64,000 nt of DNA, from positions 706 to 64,705 of the forward strand of contig JAMOQH010000157.1 of assembly GCA_027064085.1 (NCBI GenBank). The letters run 5' to 3'. This document shows positions 18,399-28,352 of the stretch, one piece after another. The position numbers and the translations under genes are program-made. The notes beneath the pieces were generated by a model. The model had not been told where the DNA came from, did no database searches, and saw nothing but the letters and a program-made list of their open reading frames with translations. Origin of the DNA: a bacterium. GTDB lineage: Bacteria > UBP6 > JAFGXH01. Position 1 is the first letter of the stretch, and the number at the start of each line of letters is the position of its first letter.

Positions 18399-20123
18399 AT
18401 GGAAAATTTTAAAAAACTAGGCCTATCTGCAAAAACTTTGGAAACTTTAAAAATAAAAGGTTTTGAAGAACCAACTGAAATACAAGAATTAGTAATTCCT
18501 GTAATTTTAAAAGATGAAACAGATGTCATTGCACAAGCTCAAACAGGAACAGGAAAAACAGCTGCATTCGGCCTTCCATTAATAGAGAAATTAAAAAAAA
18601 TAGGTAAAGTACAAGCTATTATTATTGCACCAACAAGAGAATTAGTTTTACAAGTAACTGAAGAAATAAATTCATTGAAAGGTAGCAACAAGCTTGACAT
18701 TGTAACAATTTATGGCGGTCAATCTATTGATATTCAACTTAAAAGATTAAGAAGAGGAGTTGATATTGTTGTTGGAACCCCTGGAAGAGTAATTGATCAT
18801 TTAAATAGAGGAACATTAAATATAAGTGAAGTAAAATACTTTATACTTGACGAAGCTGATGAAATGTTAAATATGGGCTTTTTGGATGATATTGAAATTA
18901 TCTTTAAGAAGACACCTAAAGACAAAAGAGTTATGTTGTTTTCAGCAACAATGCCCGACAGAATAAGAAGACTTGCTGAAAACTATATGGGAAAATATAC
19001 TCATGCTAAAACTAAAACTAAATTAACAACTAATTTAACAGAACAAATATATTTTGAAGTTAATGGAAGAGATAAACTAGAAGCTTTAACTAGAATTATT
19101 GATATTGAGACTAAATTTTATGGAATTGTTTTTTGTAGAACCAAAGTCGAAGTAGATGAAATTACTAGTAAATTAACAGAAAAGGGATATTTTGTCGATG
19201 GTTTACATGGAGACATTTCACAAGCACAAAGAGAAAGAACCCTCAAGCGTTTTAAACAAGAAATTATTTCTGTTTTAATTGCAACAGATGTTGCAGCAAG
19301 AGGAATTGATGTAGATAACTTAACTCATGTTATAAATTATTCTATACCTCAGAATCCAGAGGCTTATGTTCATAGAATAGGTAGAACCGGAAGAGCAGGA
19401 AAAAAAGGAACTGCAATTACCTTTATTACTCCATCTGAATTTAGAAAGCTAGGATTTATTAAAAAAGTAACAAATACTGATATTAAAAAAGAAGAAGTTC
19501 CGAATATTAAAGACATAATTAGTTCTAAAAAAGAGAAAATTGAAGCAGATATTAAAGATAATATACAAGAAAATAAAAATAAAGCTTATGTTGAGTGGGC
19601 TAAATCAATAATTAAATCAAATGAAGATAAAACTACTGAAGACATAATGGCTTCTATTTTGAAACTTGCTTATGGTAAAGAGTTAAATGAAGGAAATTAT
19701 AATAAAATCAAACCAGTAAGAGAAAGAGGAGAAAAGAGAGAAAAAATAAAATTAAATGGAAAATCAAGATTATTTATCGCAAAAGGTTCTTCTGCAAGTA
19801 TAGATACAAAATCTTTAATAGAGTTTATTGCTAAGAAAGCTAATGTTTCTAAAAAATTAATTGAGGATGTTGATATTCATGAAAATTTCTCTTTTGTAAC
19901 TGTTCCATTTAAAGAAGCTAAGCAAATTTTAGATGTATTTTCAAAAGTTAAGGCAGGTAAAAAACCATTAATTGAAGAAGCAAATCAAAAAAGAAATTCT
20001 AATGGTGGTAATTCAAGAGATAGAAACCGAGGAAGAAGTAGAGATAGTTATAAAGGTAATAAGGGTTCAAAAACAGAGGGGGGAAATAATAACAGAAGAA
20101 ACTCTAAGTATAGAAAAAAATAA
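18399..20123 (+). CDS. DEAD-box ATP-dependent RNA helicase (DeaD/CsdA/CshA-like) with DbpA-type C-terminal RNA-binding domain and basic RG/N-rich tail
   Basis: Q-motif 'FEEPTEIQ'. Motif I 'AQTGTGKT'. Ia 'PTRELV'. II 'DEAD'. III 'SAT'. VI 'HRIGRTGRAG'. DbpA-like 'RLFIAKGSSASIDTKSLIEFIAKKANV'. Tail 'NSRDRNRGRSRDSYKGNKGSKTEGGNNNRRNSKYRKK'. Confidence 0.9.
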   Translation: MENFKKLGLSAKTLETLKIKGFEEPTEIQELVIPVILKDETDVIAQAQTGTGKTAAFGLPLIEKLKKIGKVQAIIIAPTRELVLQVTEEINSLKGSNKLDIVTIYGGQSIDIQLKRLRRGVDIVVGTPGRVIDHLNRGTLNISEVKYFILDEADEMLNMGFLDDIEIIFKKTPKDKRVMLFSATMPDRIRRLAENYMGKYTHAKTKTKLTTNLTEQIYFEVNGRDKLEALTRIIDIETKFYGIVFCRTKVEVDEITSKLTEKGYFVDGLHGDISQAQRERTLKRFKQEIISVLIATDVAARGIDVDNLTHVINYSIPQNPEAYVHRIGRTGRAGKKGTAITFITPSEFRKLGFIKKVTNTDIKKEEVPNIKDIISSKKEKIEADIKDNIQENKNKAYVEWAKSIIKSNEDKTTEDIMASILKLAYGKELNEGNYNKIKPVRERGEKREKIKLNGKSRLFIAKGSSASIDTKSLIEFIAKKANVSKKLIEDVDIHENFSFVTVPFKEAKQILDVFSKVKAGKKPLIEEANQKRNSNGGNSRDRNRGRSRDSYKGNKGSKTEGGNNNRRNSKYRKK

Positions 20124-20147
20124 ATACTTACAAATTATGATATAGTC

Positions 20148-21350
20148 TTAAATTTTTTCAAAAACTTCTTTAATAATTGCGATTGCTTTCATTAATTCAT
20201 CTTCTTTAATAGTAAGTGGAGGAGCAAATCTTATGATATTACCATGAGTTTGCTTGGCAAGTAAACCTGCTTCTTTTAATGCTAGGCAGGTGTTCCAAGC
20301 TTCAAAACCTTCTTCAAACAACACCGCATTAAGCAACCCTTTTCCTCTTACTTTTACTACTTTATCACATTTAATCTTTCTAACTTCATCTCTGAATATT
20401 TCACCAAGTTTTTCAGATCTGTCAGCAAGGTTTTCGTTGTCCAAAACATCTAAACTAGCCATAGCAACCGCACATGCCAATGGGTTACCACCAAAAGTAG
20501 AGCCATGAGTTCCTGGAGTGAACAATTCCATAAATTTTTTATCTGCAACAACTGCAGAAACAGGGAAAACTCCACCACCCAATGCTTTACCTAGAGTCAT
20601 AGCATCTGGCTTTACATTTTCGTGATTAACAGCGAATTTTTTACCAGTTCTACAAAAACCTGTCTGTACTTCATCGGCAATCATCATAATATTATTTTTA
20701 GTACATATTTCTCTTACAGTTTTTAAATATCCCGCATCGGGAACATTTACTCCTGCTTCTCCTTGAATTGGTTCAAACATAAATGCAACTGTATTTTCTG
20801 TGATAGTTTCTTCAAGGGCTTTTGTGTCATTGTAAGGTATTAATTTAATTCCTTCTGTATATGGACCATAGTTGATTCTTGCTTCAGGGTCATTTGAAGC
20901 TGAAACAATTGCAATTGTTCTTCCATGAAAGTTTTCTTTGGCAAAGATTATCTCTTGTTTACCATTTTCAACTCCTTTTACTTCAACACCCCATCTTCTT
21001 GCTAGTTTCATTGCTGTTTCAACGGCTTCTGCTCCTGTATTCATAGGCAAAGCCATTTCATAGCCAGTGTAATTACATAATTGTTCTAAAAAATCACCTA
21101 AAATATCATTGTGAAATGCTCTTGATGTTAATGTAACTCTATCTGCTTGGTCTTTTAATGCTTTAATTATTTTGGGATGCCTGTGCCCTTGATTTACTGC
21201 TGAATAAGCAGATAAAAAATCATAATAGATATTTCCTTCTGGGTCTTCAACCATTATTCCTTCTGCTTTTGCAATAACAACTGGAAGAGGATGATAGTTA
21301 TGTGCTCCAAATTTTTCTGTTTTTGCTATTATTTGTTCTGATTTAGTCAT
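20148..21350 (-). CDS. rocD: ornithine--oxo-acid aminotransferase (class III PLP aminotransferase)
   Basis: 400 aa. N-terminus 'AHNYHPLPVVIAKAEGIMVEDPEGNIYYDFLSAYSAVNQGHRHPKI' is OAT-like. PLP lysine region 'DAMTLGKALGGG'. Confidence 0.8.
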   Translation of the reverse strand: MTKSEQIIAKTEKFGAHNYHPLPVVIAKAEGIMVEDPEGNIYYDFLSAYSAVNQGHRHPKIIKALKDQADRVTLTSRAFHNDILGDFLEQLCNYTGYEMALPMNTGAEAVETAMKLARRWGVEVKGVENGKQEIIFAKENFHGRTIAIVSASNDPEARINYGPYTEGIKLIPYNDTKALEETITENTVAFMFEPIQGEAGVNVPDAGYLKTVREICTKNNIMMIADEVQTGFCRTGKKFAVNHENVKPDAMTLGKALGGGVFPVSAVVADKKFMELFTPGTHGSTFGGNPLACAVAMASLDVLDNENLADRSEKLGEIFRDEVRKIKCDKVVKVRGKGLLNAVLFEEGFEAWNTCLALKEAGLLAKQTHGNIIRFAPPLTIKEDELMKAIAIIKEVFEKI

Positions 21351-21358
21351 TTATACTC

Positions 21359-21904
21359 CTATAAGTTAAAAAAATTATTAACATCATTAATAAACGTTTC
21401 TAATTGATTTGCTATTTTTATAAAATATTCATTTTTTGTATTTCTTTTTATATTACTTGAAAATTCATCAAGCCATGATAAGTACTCTTTATAAAAACTT
21501 TTAGCTTCTTTTTCTAAATCATTTGTTAATAAAAGAGTCATAAATTCCATCATTGTAGGAACAAAATCAGGAAACTGTTCATTTGATAACTCTATTCCGT
21601 ATTCTTCGTATAGATCATATAACTTATTACTATATTCAGATACCACCATACCGGTTTGATATGCAGAGAAATAAGGTGGACATGGTGTTTTAGGGTAACC
21701 TGTAATAAACAAGGAAGTATATTCAGCTTCTAACTCTTCTCTATTGTTATCAAATCCAATTAAAATTTCATTAAAAGTTTTTTGCGTATTCTCTTCTTTA
21801 ATTTGGCTAATAGTTTTTTCAATATCATCTTTCAACTCTTTAGTTGGATATGTTAAAAACTTAGCTAAAACAAAGAATTTTTGTGCTAATATTTCTGTAT
21901 TCAA
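21359..21904 (-). CDS. hypothetical protein, possibly TorD/DmsD/NarJ-like redox-enzyme maturation chaperone
   Basis: 181 aa. 'EYTSLFITGYPKTPCPPYFSAY' resembles the TorD-family 'EYxRLFxGP...PPYESxY' motif. It lies 8 bp upstream of rocD on the same strand. Confidence 0.35.
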   Translation of the reverse strand: MNTEILAQKFFVLAKFLTYPTKELKDDIEKTISQIKEENTQKTFNEILIGFDNNREELEAEYTSLFITGYPKTPCPPYFSAYQTGMVVSEYSNKLYDLYEEYGIELSNEQFPDFVPTMMEFMTLLLTNDLEKEAKSFYKEYLSWLDEFSSNIKRNTKNEYFIKIANQLETFINDVNNFFNL

Positions 21905-22129
21905 TATGTCTCCATCAAAATAAGAAATTAATGAGTATCAAAAACTATATCTTTTGTCAATTTAAGTTTCAAAAAAATACATAAAGTTTCATTTTAAAAC
22001 ATTTTCTTTTTTATTTATTTATGTAGTTTTTCCTAAAATAAGGTTTAAAAAACTTATTTTAGGAAAAAGTTTAAATTTAGGAAATAAAATTTCTATAACT
22101 CCAATGTTTTTAATTGATTTGGAGGAAAT

Positions 22130-22471
22130 ATGTTTAAAACTTTAATTCTTGTTACAATGTTACTGTCATTAATATCTTGCTATGGAAATAATAATGACTT
22201 ATATAGTAAAAGCTTAAATATTATCAATAAGGCCAAGGTATATGATGTTGATAGAATAGAAAATAGTATTGTTGTGTTGATATCAAAAGATTTGAAAGAA
22301 ATAAAGAAAATAAAGTTATCTGTTTTCAAAAAAGAAATAAGAGAGGGATATCAAGTTACTTATATTAATGGAGAAATTTATGTTAATTCAAATAAAAAGT
22401 TAGAATCTAAAGTTTCTAAAATTTTATTTGAATTAAATCCTGAAAACAAAAAGTTTTCATTAAATCTATAA
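22130..22471 (+). CDS. small lipoprotein, hypothetical
   Basis: 113 aa. Signal peptide plus lipobox 'LISCYGNNN'. Confidence 0.4.
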   Translation: MFKTLILVTMLLSLISCYGNNNDLYSKSLNIINKAKVYDVDRIENSIVVLISKDLKEIKKIKLSVFKKEIREGYQVTYINGEIYVNSNKKLESKVSKILFELNPENKKFSLNL

Positions 22472-22472
22472 G

Positions 22473-23546
22473 TTATTCAAATGAAAACTCAAGAGGGATT
22501 TTGCCTAATCTAGGCATAGGGATTCTATTTGTTTTAATGGTTTTAAATGCTTTTAATATACAGTAATTTAAGTCATCTTTTTTATTTTTATATTTAGAAT
22601 CTTGAATTGTAACATCATAAAAATAACCATTTTTTCTCACAGTATATGTAATTACTATTTGAGTGGGTAATTCAATACCTTTGTTACTTTCTTTAATAAA
22701 ACAATTTATTATTTTGGGTTTTATTTTTGATATTTTTTGTTTTATTTCGGATTCTATATTTCTATTGTTGTTAATATTCCCCTTAAAGGAAACGTATGAA
22801 ACATCTCTATTTTTTTTATTATTATTTTTAAATACTTGTTCTCTTTTTTCTTTTCTTATTTTTTTGACATAATCCGAAATACTAAAATTAGAAATAGGAT
22901 ATCTTTTTCTTGTTTTTAAAGAATAGTGCCACCACTTACTTTTACTATATGACAGACCATTTCTTATCATTACTCTTTTTAATAAGTTTCTGTTTTTTTT
23001 AACTTTTTTATTTAATCTTTTATACTTATGCCATGATTTTTTAGAAAAACTATCAAATTTTGTAGGCATTCTTACTTTTTTACCTTTTAAATCTACTAAG
23101 GTAACATCAACAGACAAACCTCTGTTGTGTTTAGAACCTTTTGACGGATGTTCTATGTATTTTTTATTGTGGAACCTTTTCCATCTTTTTTTCTGAATAC
23201 TCCAAGGTCTGTAGCAGTCCCAAAATTTTAATCTTTTTTTGTATTTTCTTTTTAATTTATTATTTATTCTCTTTAATTTTTGGGCTAGTCTTTTATTCAC
23301 AAGACAAATATTCTTTTTATATAAAGCTCTTTTTGAAATCCTATTTTTTTTATTATAACTTAAATCAACAATTGCATCTGGAATGTAATCTTGGATATTA
23401 ACAAGCTTTGCTTTATTTACATCTTTGTTTATATTTATTCTTATTGTTCTTCCTTTTAAGTTTTTAATTTTTTTTATATTTCCTAAAAGAAAAGTTGGCA
23501 GTAGCAACAACAGTAGTAAACATTTAATAGTTAAATATAATTTCAT
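22473..23546 (-). CDS. secreted M15-family D-Ala-D-Ala dipeptidase (VanX-like) domain protein with Lys-rich C-terminal extension
   Basis: Signal peptide 'LLLLLLPTFLLG'. Zinc-site motifs 'SKHNRGLSVDVTLVD' (SxHxxGxAxD) and 'KWWHYS' (xWWHF). 'WDCYRPWSIQKKRW' is also present. The protein is highly basic overall. Confidence 0.65.
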   Translation of the reverse strand: MKLYLTIKCLLLLLLLPTFLLGNIKKIKNLKGRTIRININKDVNKAKLVNIQDYIPDAIVDLSYNKKNRISKRALYKKNICLVNKRLAQKLKRINNKLKRKYKKRLKFWDCYRPWSIQKKRWKRFHNKKYIEHPSKGSKHNRGLSVDVTLVDLKGKKVRMPTKFDSFSKKSWHKYKRLNKKVKKNRNLLKRVMIRNGLSYSKSKWWHYSLKTRKRYPISNFSISDYVKKIRKEKREQVFKNNNKKNRDVSYVSFKGNINNNRNIESEIKQKISKIKPKIINCFIKESNKGIELPTQIVITYTVRKNGYFYDVTIQDSKYKNKKDDLNYCILKAFKTIKTNRIPMPRLGKIPLEFSFE

Positions 23547-23714
23547 TTTTCTCCTAAAAGAACTTATGTTAATTATAAAGATAATTTATTATTCTTTCAA
23601 CTATTTGGTAACTATTCTGGTTGATTTCCATTAATTTTAAATATCAAACAATTATAACACAATCTTTTTTAAACTCTTTTGTATATTTATGAATGTGAGG
23701 AGTAAATAATAAAG

Positions 23715-24158
23715 TTATAAACCTTGATTAATTTCAGATTCGGCAGTTAAAATATCAGATATTGAAAATCCTCTTCTTACACAATAAGCAATTACTTTAT
23801 TTCTATCATCTTGGCTTTTAGATTTCTTAATAATTAAAATTTTAATATTGTTATTAATTAGTTCTTGAGTATAAAACTCATCTAAAGATATTTCTACATC
23901 ACTACTGTTAGCACCAAGCATAAATAATTTATTTCTTATTCTGTTAGGACCATTTAACTTTCTTATTCCTGACTTTACGAAAGACTTTATAAAGGAATTA
24001 TCATCAATATATCCCAACTCTTTTAATCTGCTAATACTCTCTGTTATAACAACTTGACTTGCACCTTTTTTAGATAATTTATCTATTAAGGTTTTTTCTA
24101 GATATTCTCTTTGAGAGATTAATCTATATAAATATTTGAGAGCGTTTTCTTTGTTCAC
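23715..24158 (-). CDS. recX: regulatory protein RecX
   Basis: 147 aa. 'ALKYLYRLISQREYLEKTLIDKLSKKGAS' matches the RecX N-terminal three-helix repeat. 'NKVIAYCVRRGFSISDI' is a C-terminal repeat. Confidence 0.65.
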   Translation of the reverse strand: MNKENALKYLYRLISQREYLEKTLIDKLSKKGASQVVITESISRLKELGYIDDNSFIKSFVKSGIRKLNGPNRIRNKLFMLGANSSDVEISLDEFYTQELINNNIKILIIKKSKSQDDRNKVIAYCVRRGFSISDILTAESEINQGL

Positions 24159-24246
24159 TATCTTTCTACCTACTTAATTTACCTCTTGCGAAATGTAGAG
24201 GAATTCTTCACAAGCAACAGGTGGCTTGCTTTAAGTTTAAGCATTT

Positions 24247-26550
24247 CTATTTTTCTAGTTTTCTTGCTTTAATTTTAACTGCTCTGTTTGAATCAGTGAA
24301 AATCAAATAGGAGTTACCCTTTTTAATGATTTTCCATATATCTTTGTTTTTTAATTTTCTGTTTTTAAATACTTTTAAAGTATTAGCATTTTTATCAAAA
24401 ATAATTAATCCATCATTTTGAGTACCAAGAAATATTTTATTATTTGAATAATTTAATGCTGTTACAAAATTTCTTTTAATTTTAGAAACATAAAGAATAT
24501 AGGATTTATTTGTATTTCTATCGTATGCCGTTACAATACCTTTATAATGAGCTCTATAAACAACATTATTGGCAGTAATTGTTGCAATTATAGGATGAAT
24601 ACCTTTTGCAACAAATTTACTATCTTGGTCACCATTATACATTCTGAGTCTTAATTGTAATTCTCTGTTTTTATTTAAAAAACCATTATCTCTAACCCAT
24701 AATTGAACAGCATCCTTAGGATCATTCTGAGAAATTTCTCTTGGCTTTTTAACAAATCCAAATTTAAAAATCATTCTTTTAAACCATGGCTTTAAATTGT
24801 TAGGTGTATTTTTTGTAAATTTAAATTCAACTTCAGGATCAAAATCACCAATTGCTTCACCCATTCTAGCATAAGCTGTATAAGTCTTTTTGTTCCCTAC
24901 TGAATATAAATTTAAAAGATTATAAGCTTTTCTTTTATCAACAGTAGTATAATAAATATCCTTTAAATTATCTTTCTGAACATCTTCCATACCATTAAAA
25001 TTCATAGCCATTTTTACTCTTTTAAGCTTTATATTGCTCTTTAAATTAACTCTCCATGAATAATTTTGGTTTACTAAAATATATAATTTTCTTGTTGTAA
25101 TTACAGCAATTTTTATTTGATTATTTTCTTTGTAAACAAAAACATTTACTATAGTTTCATTTCTTCTTAATCTTACATTATTATTAAAAATATTTCTAGC
25201 TTCCTGATTATTTGGCATTTTCACAATAATAGCTTTTTTATAAACTCTTACTTTTGTAACAGAGCTATCATATCTTTCATGTGCACCATTTACAGAAAAG
25301 TTTATATGTGTTGATTTATTGGTTTTTCTTACATCAGATAATCTTAAAGTTTTCATAGCACCTTTATAAGTTAATTTCCAAGTGCCATTTCTGTATCTTT
25401 CATGAGCTGCAATATAATTTACAGGACCATATACTTGTTGAAATATAATTTCGTATCCCTTAAAGTCATTTATGGAAATACCACAGTAGTTTCCACCAGT
25501 TCGGTATCCACCTTTTCCATTTGTAGTGATATCACACAAATAAATGTAGCTTCCACCAAGCATTGGCTTATCTTCTTTTGGTGCTTGAACAATGACAGTA
25601 TCATTAATTCCTAGTTTTTTTTTCATCCATTTATGAAATTTACCATTAATTTTTAAATTTCCTGATTTTGTTAAGCTACCATTAGTTTTTTTCATTAATA
25701 AATAGAAACTATATTTTCCTTGCTTAGGTTTTGTATTTACAACAGATAAAACTTTATTGCCTGCATTATTTTTTACCATATAGTAAAAATCACCAAATCC
25801 ATTTCCTTTAACATCATACATACCTACACTATTTAAAATAAGTTGATATCTATTTTTTAATTTTTTATTAAAAAACTTTTTGTATGAGTTACCATTATTT
25901 AAAAATAAATATGCTTTTGAAGATGTTAATGCAAATAAGAATTTACTTCCATTTTGATTTGTATAAAAACCTGCTCTTAATACTTTTCCATCAACTAATC
26001 CTTCAGCTATTTTAACTGCATTTGGTTTAACTAATTGTAAAGGAGGTCTTTTAGATGTTTTATTTACAACATTAACATTTTGATTTAAATGTTTAACTTT
26101 ATTTGTCATCCATTTATGAAATTTTCCATTGACTTGTAAGTTTCCAGATTTAACAACAGAGCCATTATTTCTTAAGGCCACTATATAAAAACTATATTTT
26201 CCTTTTTTGGGTCTTGTATTAACAACATATAGTGTTTTTTTATTATTAGATTTTGTTGCATACCATAAATCTAAAGAACCATTTTTATCTATATCGGTAA
26301 GGCCTGCAGATCTAAACAATGGTGTTTCAGTATTTTTAAAAGTTTTTGCAAAAAACTTATTAAAATTAGAACCGTGTTTAATGAATAAGTAGGCTCCACT
26401 AGAAGTAATTGCAAATAGCTTTTGACTTCCATCACTTGCATAAGAAGCAGCTAGAACTTTACCATTTGTTAAGTTTTTAGCTTGATTCATAGCATTATTA
26501 CCAAGAATTGTTAAGCTAAACATCAACATAAACAACAATAATTTACTCAT
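24247..26550 (-). CDS. large secreted protein with internal tandem duplication, hypothetical
   Basis: 767 aa with a signal peptide. Two ~145-aa direct repeats, e.g. '...LYVVNTRPKKGKYSFYIVALRNNGSVVKSGNLQVNGKFHKWMTNK' versus '...LSVVNTKPKQGKYSFYLLMKKTNGSLTKSGNLKINGKFHKWMKKK'. The C-terminal half carries beta-propeller-like repeats. Confidence 0.5.
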   Translation of the reverse strand: MSKLLLFMLMFSLTILGNNAMNQAKNLTNGKVLAASYASDGSQKLFAITSSGAYLFIKHGSNFNKFFAKTFKNTETPLFRSAGLTDIDKNGSLDLWYATKSNNKKTLYVVNTRPKKGKYSFYIVALRNNGSVVKSGNLQVNGKFHKWMTNKVKHLNQNVNVVNKTSKRPPLQLVKPNAVKIAEGLVDGKVLRAGFYTNQNGSKFLFALTSSKAYLFLNNGNSYKKFFNKKLKNRYQLILNSVGMYDVKGNGFGDFYYMVKNNAGNKVLSVVNTKPKQGKYSFYLLMKKTNGSLTKSGNLKINGKFHKWMKKKLGINDTVIVQAPKEDKPMLGGSYIYLCDITTNGKGGYRTGGNYCGISINDFKGYEIIFQQVYGPVNYIAAHERYRNGTWKLTYKGAMKTLRLSDVRKTNKSTHINFSVNGAHERYDSSVTKVRVYKKAIIVKMPNNQEARNIFNNNVRLRRNETIVNVFVYKENNQIKIAVITTRKLYILVNQNYSWRVNLKSNIKLKRVKMAMNFNGMEDVQKDNLKDIYYTTVDKRKAYNLLNLYSVGNKKTYTAYARMGEAIGDFDPEVEFKFTKNTPNNLKPWFKRMIFKFGFVKKPREISQNDPKDAVQLWVRDNGFLNKNRELQLRLRMYNGDQDSKFVAKGIHPIIATITANNVVYRAHYKGIVTAYDRNTNKSYILYVSKIKRNFVTALNYSNNKIFLGTQNDGLIIFDKNANTLKVFKNRKLKNKDIWKIIKKGNSYLIFTDSNRAVKIKARKLEK

Positions 26551-26604
26551 ATTTCCTCCAAAAAAAAAGTTGTCTTCGTATAGACTACTTTGGTTTATAA
26601 ATAT

Positions 26605-27333
26605 TCATTCATTTTTTATAAAATAAATAATATACTCTTGATTTCCATGTGTCCCAGCTAAAACTGATGGAATAACATCTATTATTTTTATACTATAATC
26701 ATTTAGAAAACTTTTAATATCACTAATTACATCATTATGTATCAGCTTATCTTTAATTATTCCGTTGTATTTGTCTGCAATATCCTTGCTAACCTCAAAT
26801 TGAGGCTTAATTAACATCAAGGCTTTACTTTTAGGTTTCATTGCAGGGATAAACTGTTTTAAAATTAGTTTTAGTGAAATAAAACTTAAATCTCCTGTAT
26901 ATAAATCAATATTTTCTAATTTCATAAAATCAAAATATCTTGCATTTGTTTTTTCAAGCGACTTTACTTTTTTGTTTGTTCTTAATTTATATGCTAATTG
27001 ATTAGTTCCTACATCTATTGCATAAACAAAGCTAGCACCATTTTGCAATAATAAATCAGTAAATCCGCCAGTAGAAGAACCTATATCAACACAATTATAA
27101 TTAGTTACATCAAGTTTAAAATTATCTAATGCTGTTTTTAACTTATAAGCTGCTCTTGAAACATAAGGACTTTTACTTTTTACTCTTATTTTATCCGTTT
27201 CTTTAAATTTTACTGAAGAATTAGCAACTTTCTGCTCATTTACAAGTACATCACCTGCAATTACAAGAGCCTGAGCCATTTTTATAGAATCAGCAAATCC
27301 TAACTTTACAAGAAGCTTATCAATTCTTTCCAA
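26605..27333 (-). CDS. tlyA: TlyA-family rRNA 2'-O-methyltransferase / hemolysin A
   Basis: S4 domain 'MERIDKLLVKLGFADSIKMAQALVIAGDVLVNEQKV'. FtsJ-like SAM motif 'CVDIGSSTGGFTDLLLQNGA'. 'LIKPQFE' is also present. Confidence 0.85.
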   Translation of the reverse strand: MERIDKLLVKLGFADSIKMAQALVIAGDVLVNEQKVANSSVKFKETDKIRVKSKSPYVSRAAYKLKTALDNFKLDVTNYNCVDIGSSTGGFTDLLLQNGASFVYAIDVGTNQLAYKLRTNKKVKSLEKTNARYFDFMKLENIDLYTGDLSFISLKLILKQFIPAMKPKSKALMLIKPQFEVSKDIADKYNGIIKDKLIHNDVISDIKSFLNDYSIKIIDVIPSVLAGTHGNQEYIIYFIKNE

Positions 27334-28335
27334 TTATTTAATCTCCGCTTTTAAATCTCTAGTCATCAATTCTTTTCCAGCCTCTTTAATTGTTAACCCC
27401 TTGTATAGAATTTTATAAATCGTATTAAATATTGGCATTTCAACATCTATTTTTTGAGCCGCAAAGTAAATTGACTCACTATTTTTTATACCTTCTGCAA
27501 TCATATTCATACTATTTAGAATATCATCTATTTTTTCACCTTTGCCTAATCTATTTCCAACTGTCCAATTTCTAGATAACGAGCTCGTAGATGTTAGAAC
27601 TAAATCACCTAAACCACTTAATCCACTTAATGTCAATGGATTTGCACCTCTTTTTATTGCAAATTGAGTCATATTAGCAAGCCCTCTTGTTATAAGGGCT
27701 GAAGTAGTATTACTTCCATATCCTAAACCAGAAACAATACCTGCACCAATGGCAATTACATTTTTTAATGCTCCTCCAATTTCAACACCAATAACATCGT
27801 TGGTTGTATAAGCTCTGAAAAATGAAGTTGAGAAGAATTCTTGTACTTTTTTAGCGAGTTTTTGATTTATAGATGCTACAGTAACCAAAGTAGGATGTTC
27901 AGAAGCAACTTCTCTTGCAAATGAAGGGCCTGATAAGAAAGTTAAGTAGTAGTGATATCTTTCATGCAAAACATCTTCTAATATCTCTGATATCAAAAAG
28001 GAAGTATCTAACTCTATTCCCTTAGTTGCAGAAACAATAGGTATATATAAAGGAATGTCATCTTTTATTTCAGTAAAAATTTTTCTTACAAATTGAGAAG
28101 GAAGAACTGATAGCAACATATCTGCATCTCTTATTACTTCTTTTATATTATTATGAGCTACCAAATTATTAGATAAACTAAAATCTGGTAGAAATGTAAT
28201 ATTTTCATGTTTATTATTTATCTCTTTTTTTACAGACTCTTCATAAACCCATATTTTAACATTATATCCTTTATCTGAAAGCAATTTAGCTAAAGCTGTT
28301 CCCCAGCTACCTCCGCCTAATACAGCTATATTCAT
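27334..28335 (-). CDS. gpsA: NAD(P)H-dependent glycerol-3-phosphate dehydrogenase GpsA
   Basis: 'MNIAVLGGGSWGTALAKLL' Rossmann motif. 333 aa. 'NDVIGVEIGGALKNVIAIGAGI' is the GpsA core. Its stop abuts the tlyA start. Confidence 0.9.
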   Translation of the reverse strand: MNIAVLGGGSWGTALAKLLSDKGYNVKIWVYEESVKKEINNKHENITFLPDFSLSNNLVAHNNIKEVIRDADMLLSVLPSQFVRKIFTEIKDDIPLYIPIVSATKGIELDTSFLISEILEDVLHERYHYYLTFLSGPSFAREVASEHPTLVTVASINQKLAKKVQEFFSTSFFRAYTTNDVIGVEIGGALKNVIAIGAGIVSGLGYGSNTTSALITRGLANMTQFAIKRGANPLTLSGLSGLGDLVLTSTSSLSRNWTVGNRLGKGEKIDDILNSMNMIAEGIKNSESIYFAAQKIDVEMPIFNTIYKILYKGLTIKEAGKELMTRDLKAEIK

Positions 28336-28352
28336 ATAAACTTCTCCTTATT

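Noticed and set aside
20254-20508. 84-aa plus-strand ORF
   Set aside because: Antisense inside the ornithine aminotransferase gene.
22663-23634. Three plus-strand ORFs (22663-22872, 23141-23401, 23425-23634)
   Set aside because: Antisense to the M15 peptidase gene or to its promoter region. Their translations are Phe/Leu/Ile-rich, i.e. the complement of a Lys-rich coding strand.
25402-26392. Two plus-strand ORFs (25402-25614, 26207-26392)
   Set aside because: Antisense within the 767-aa secreted-protein gene.
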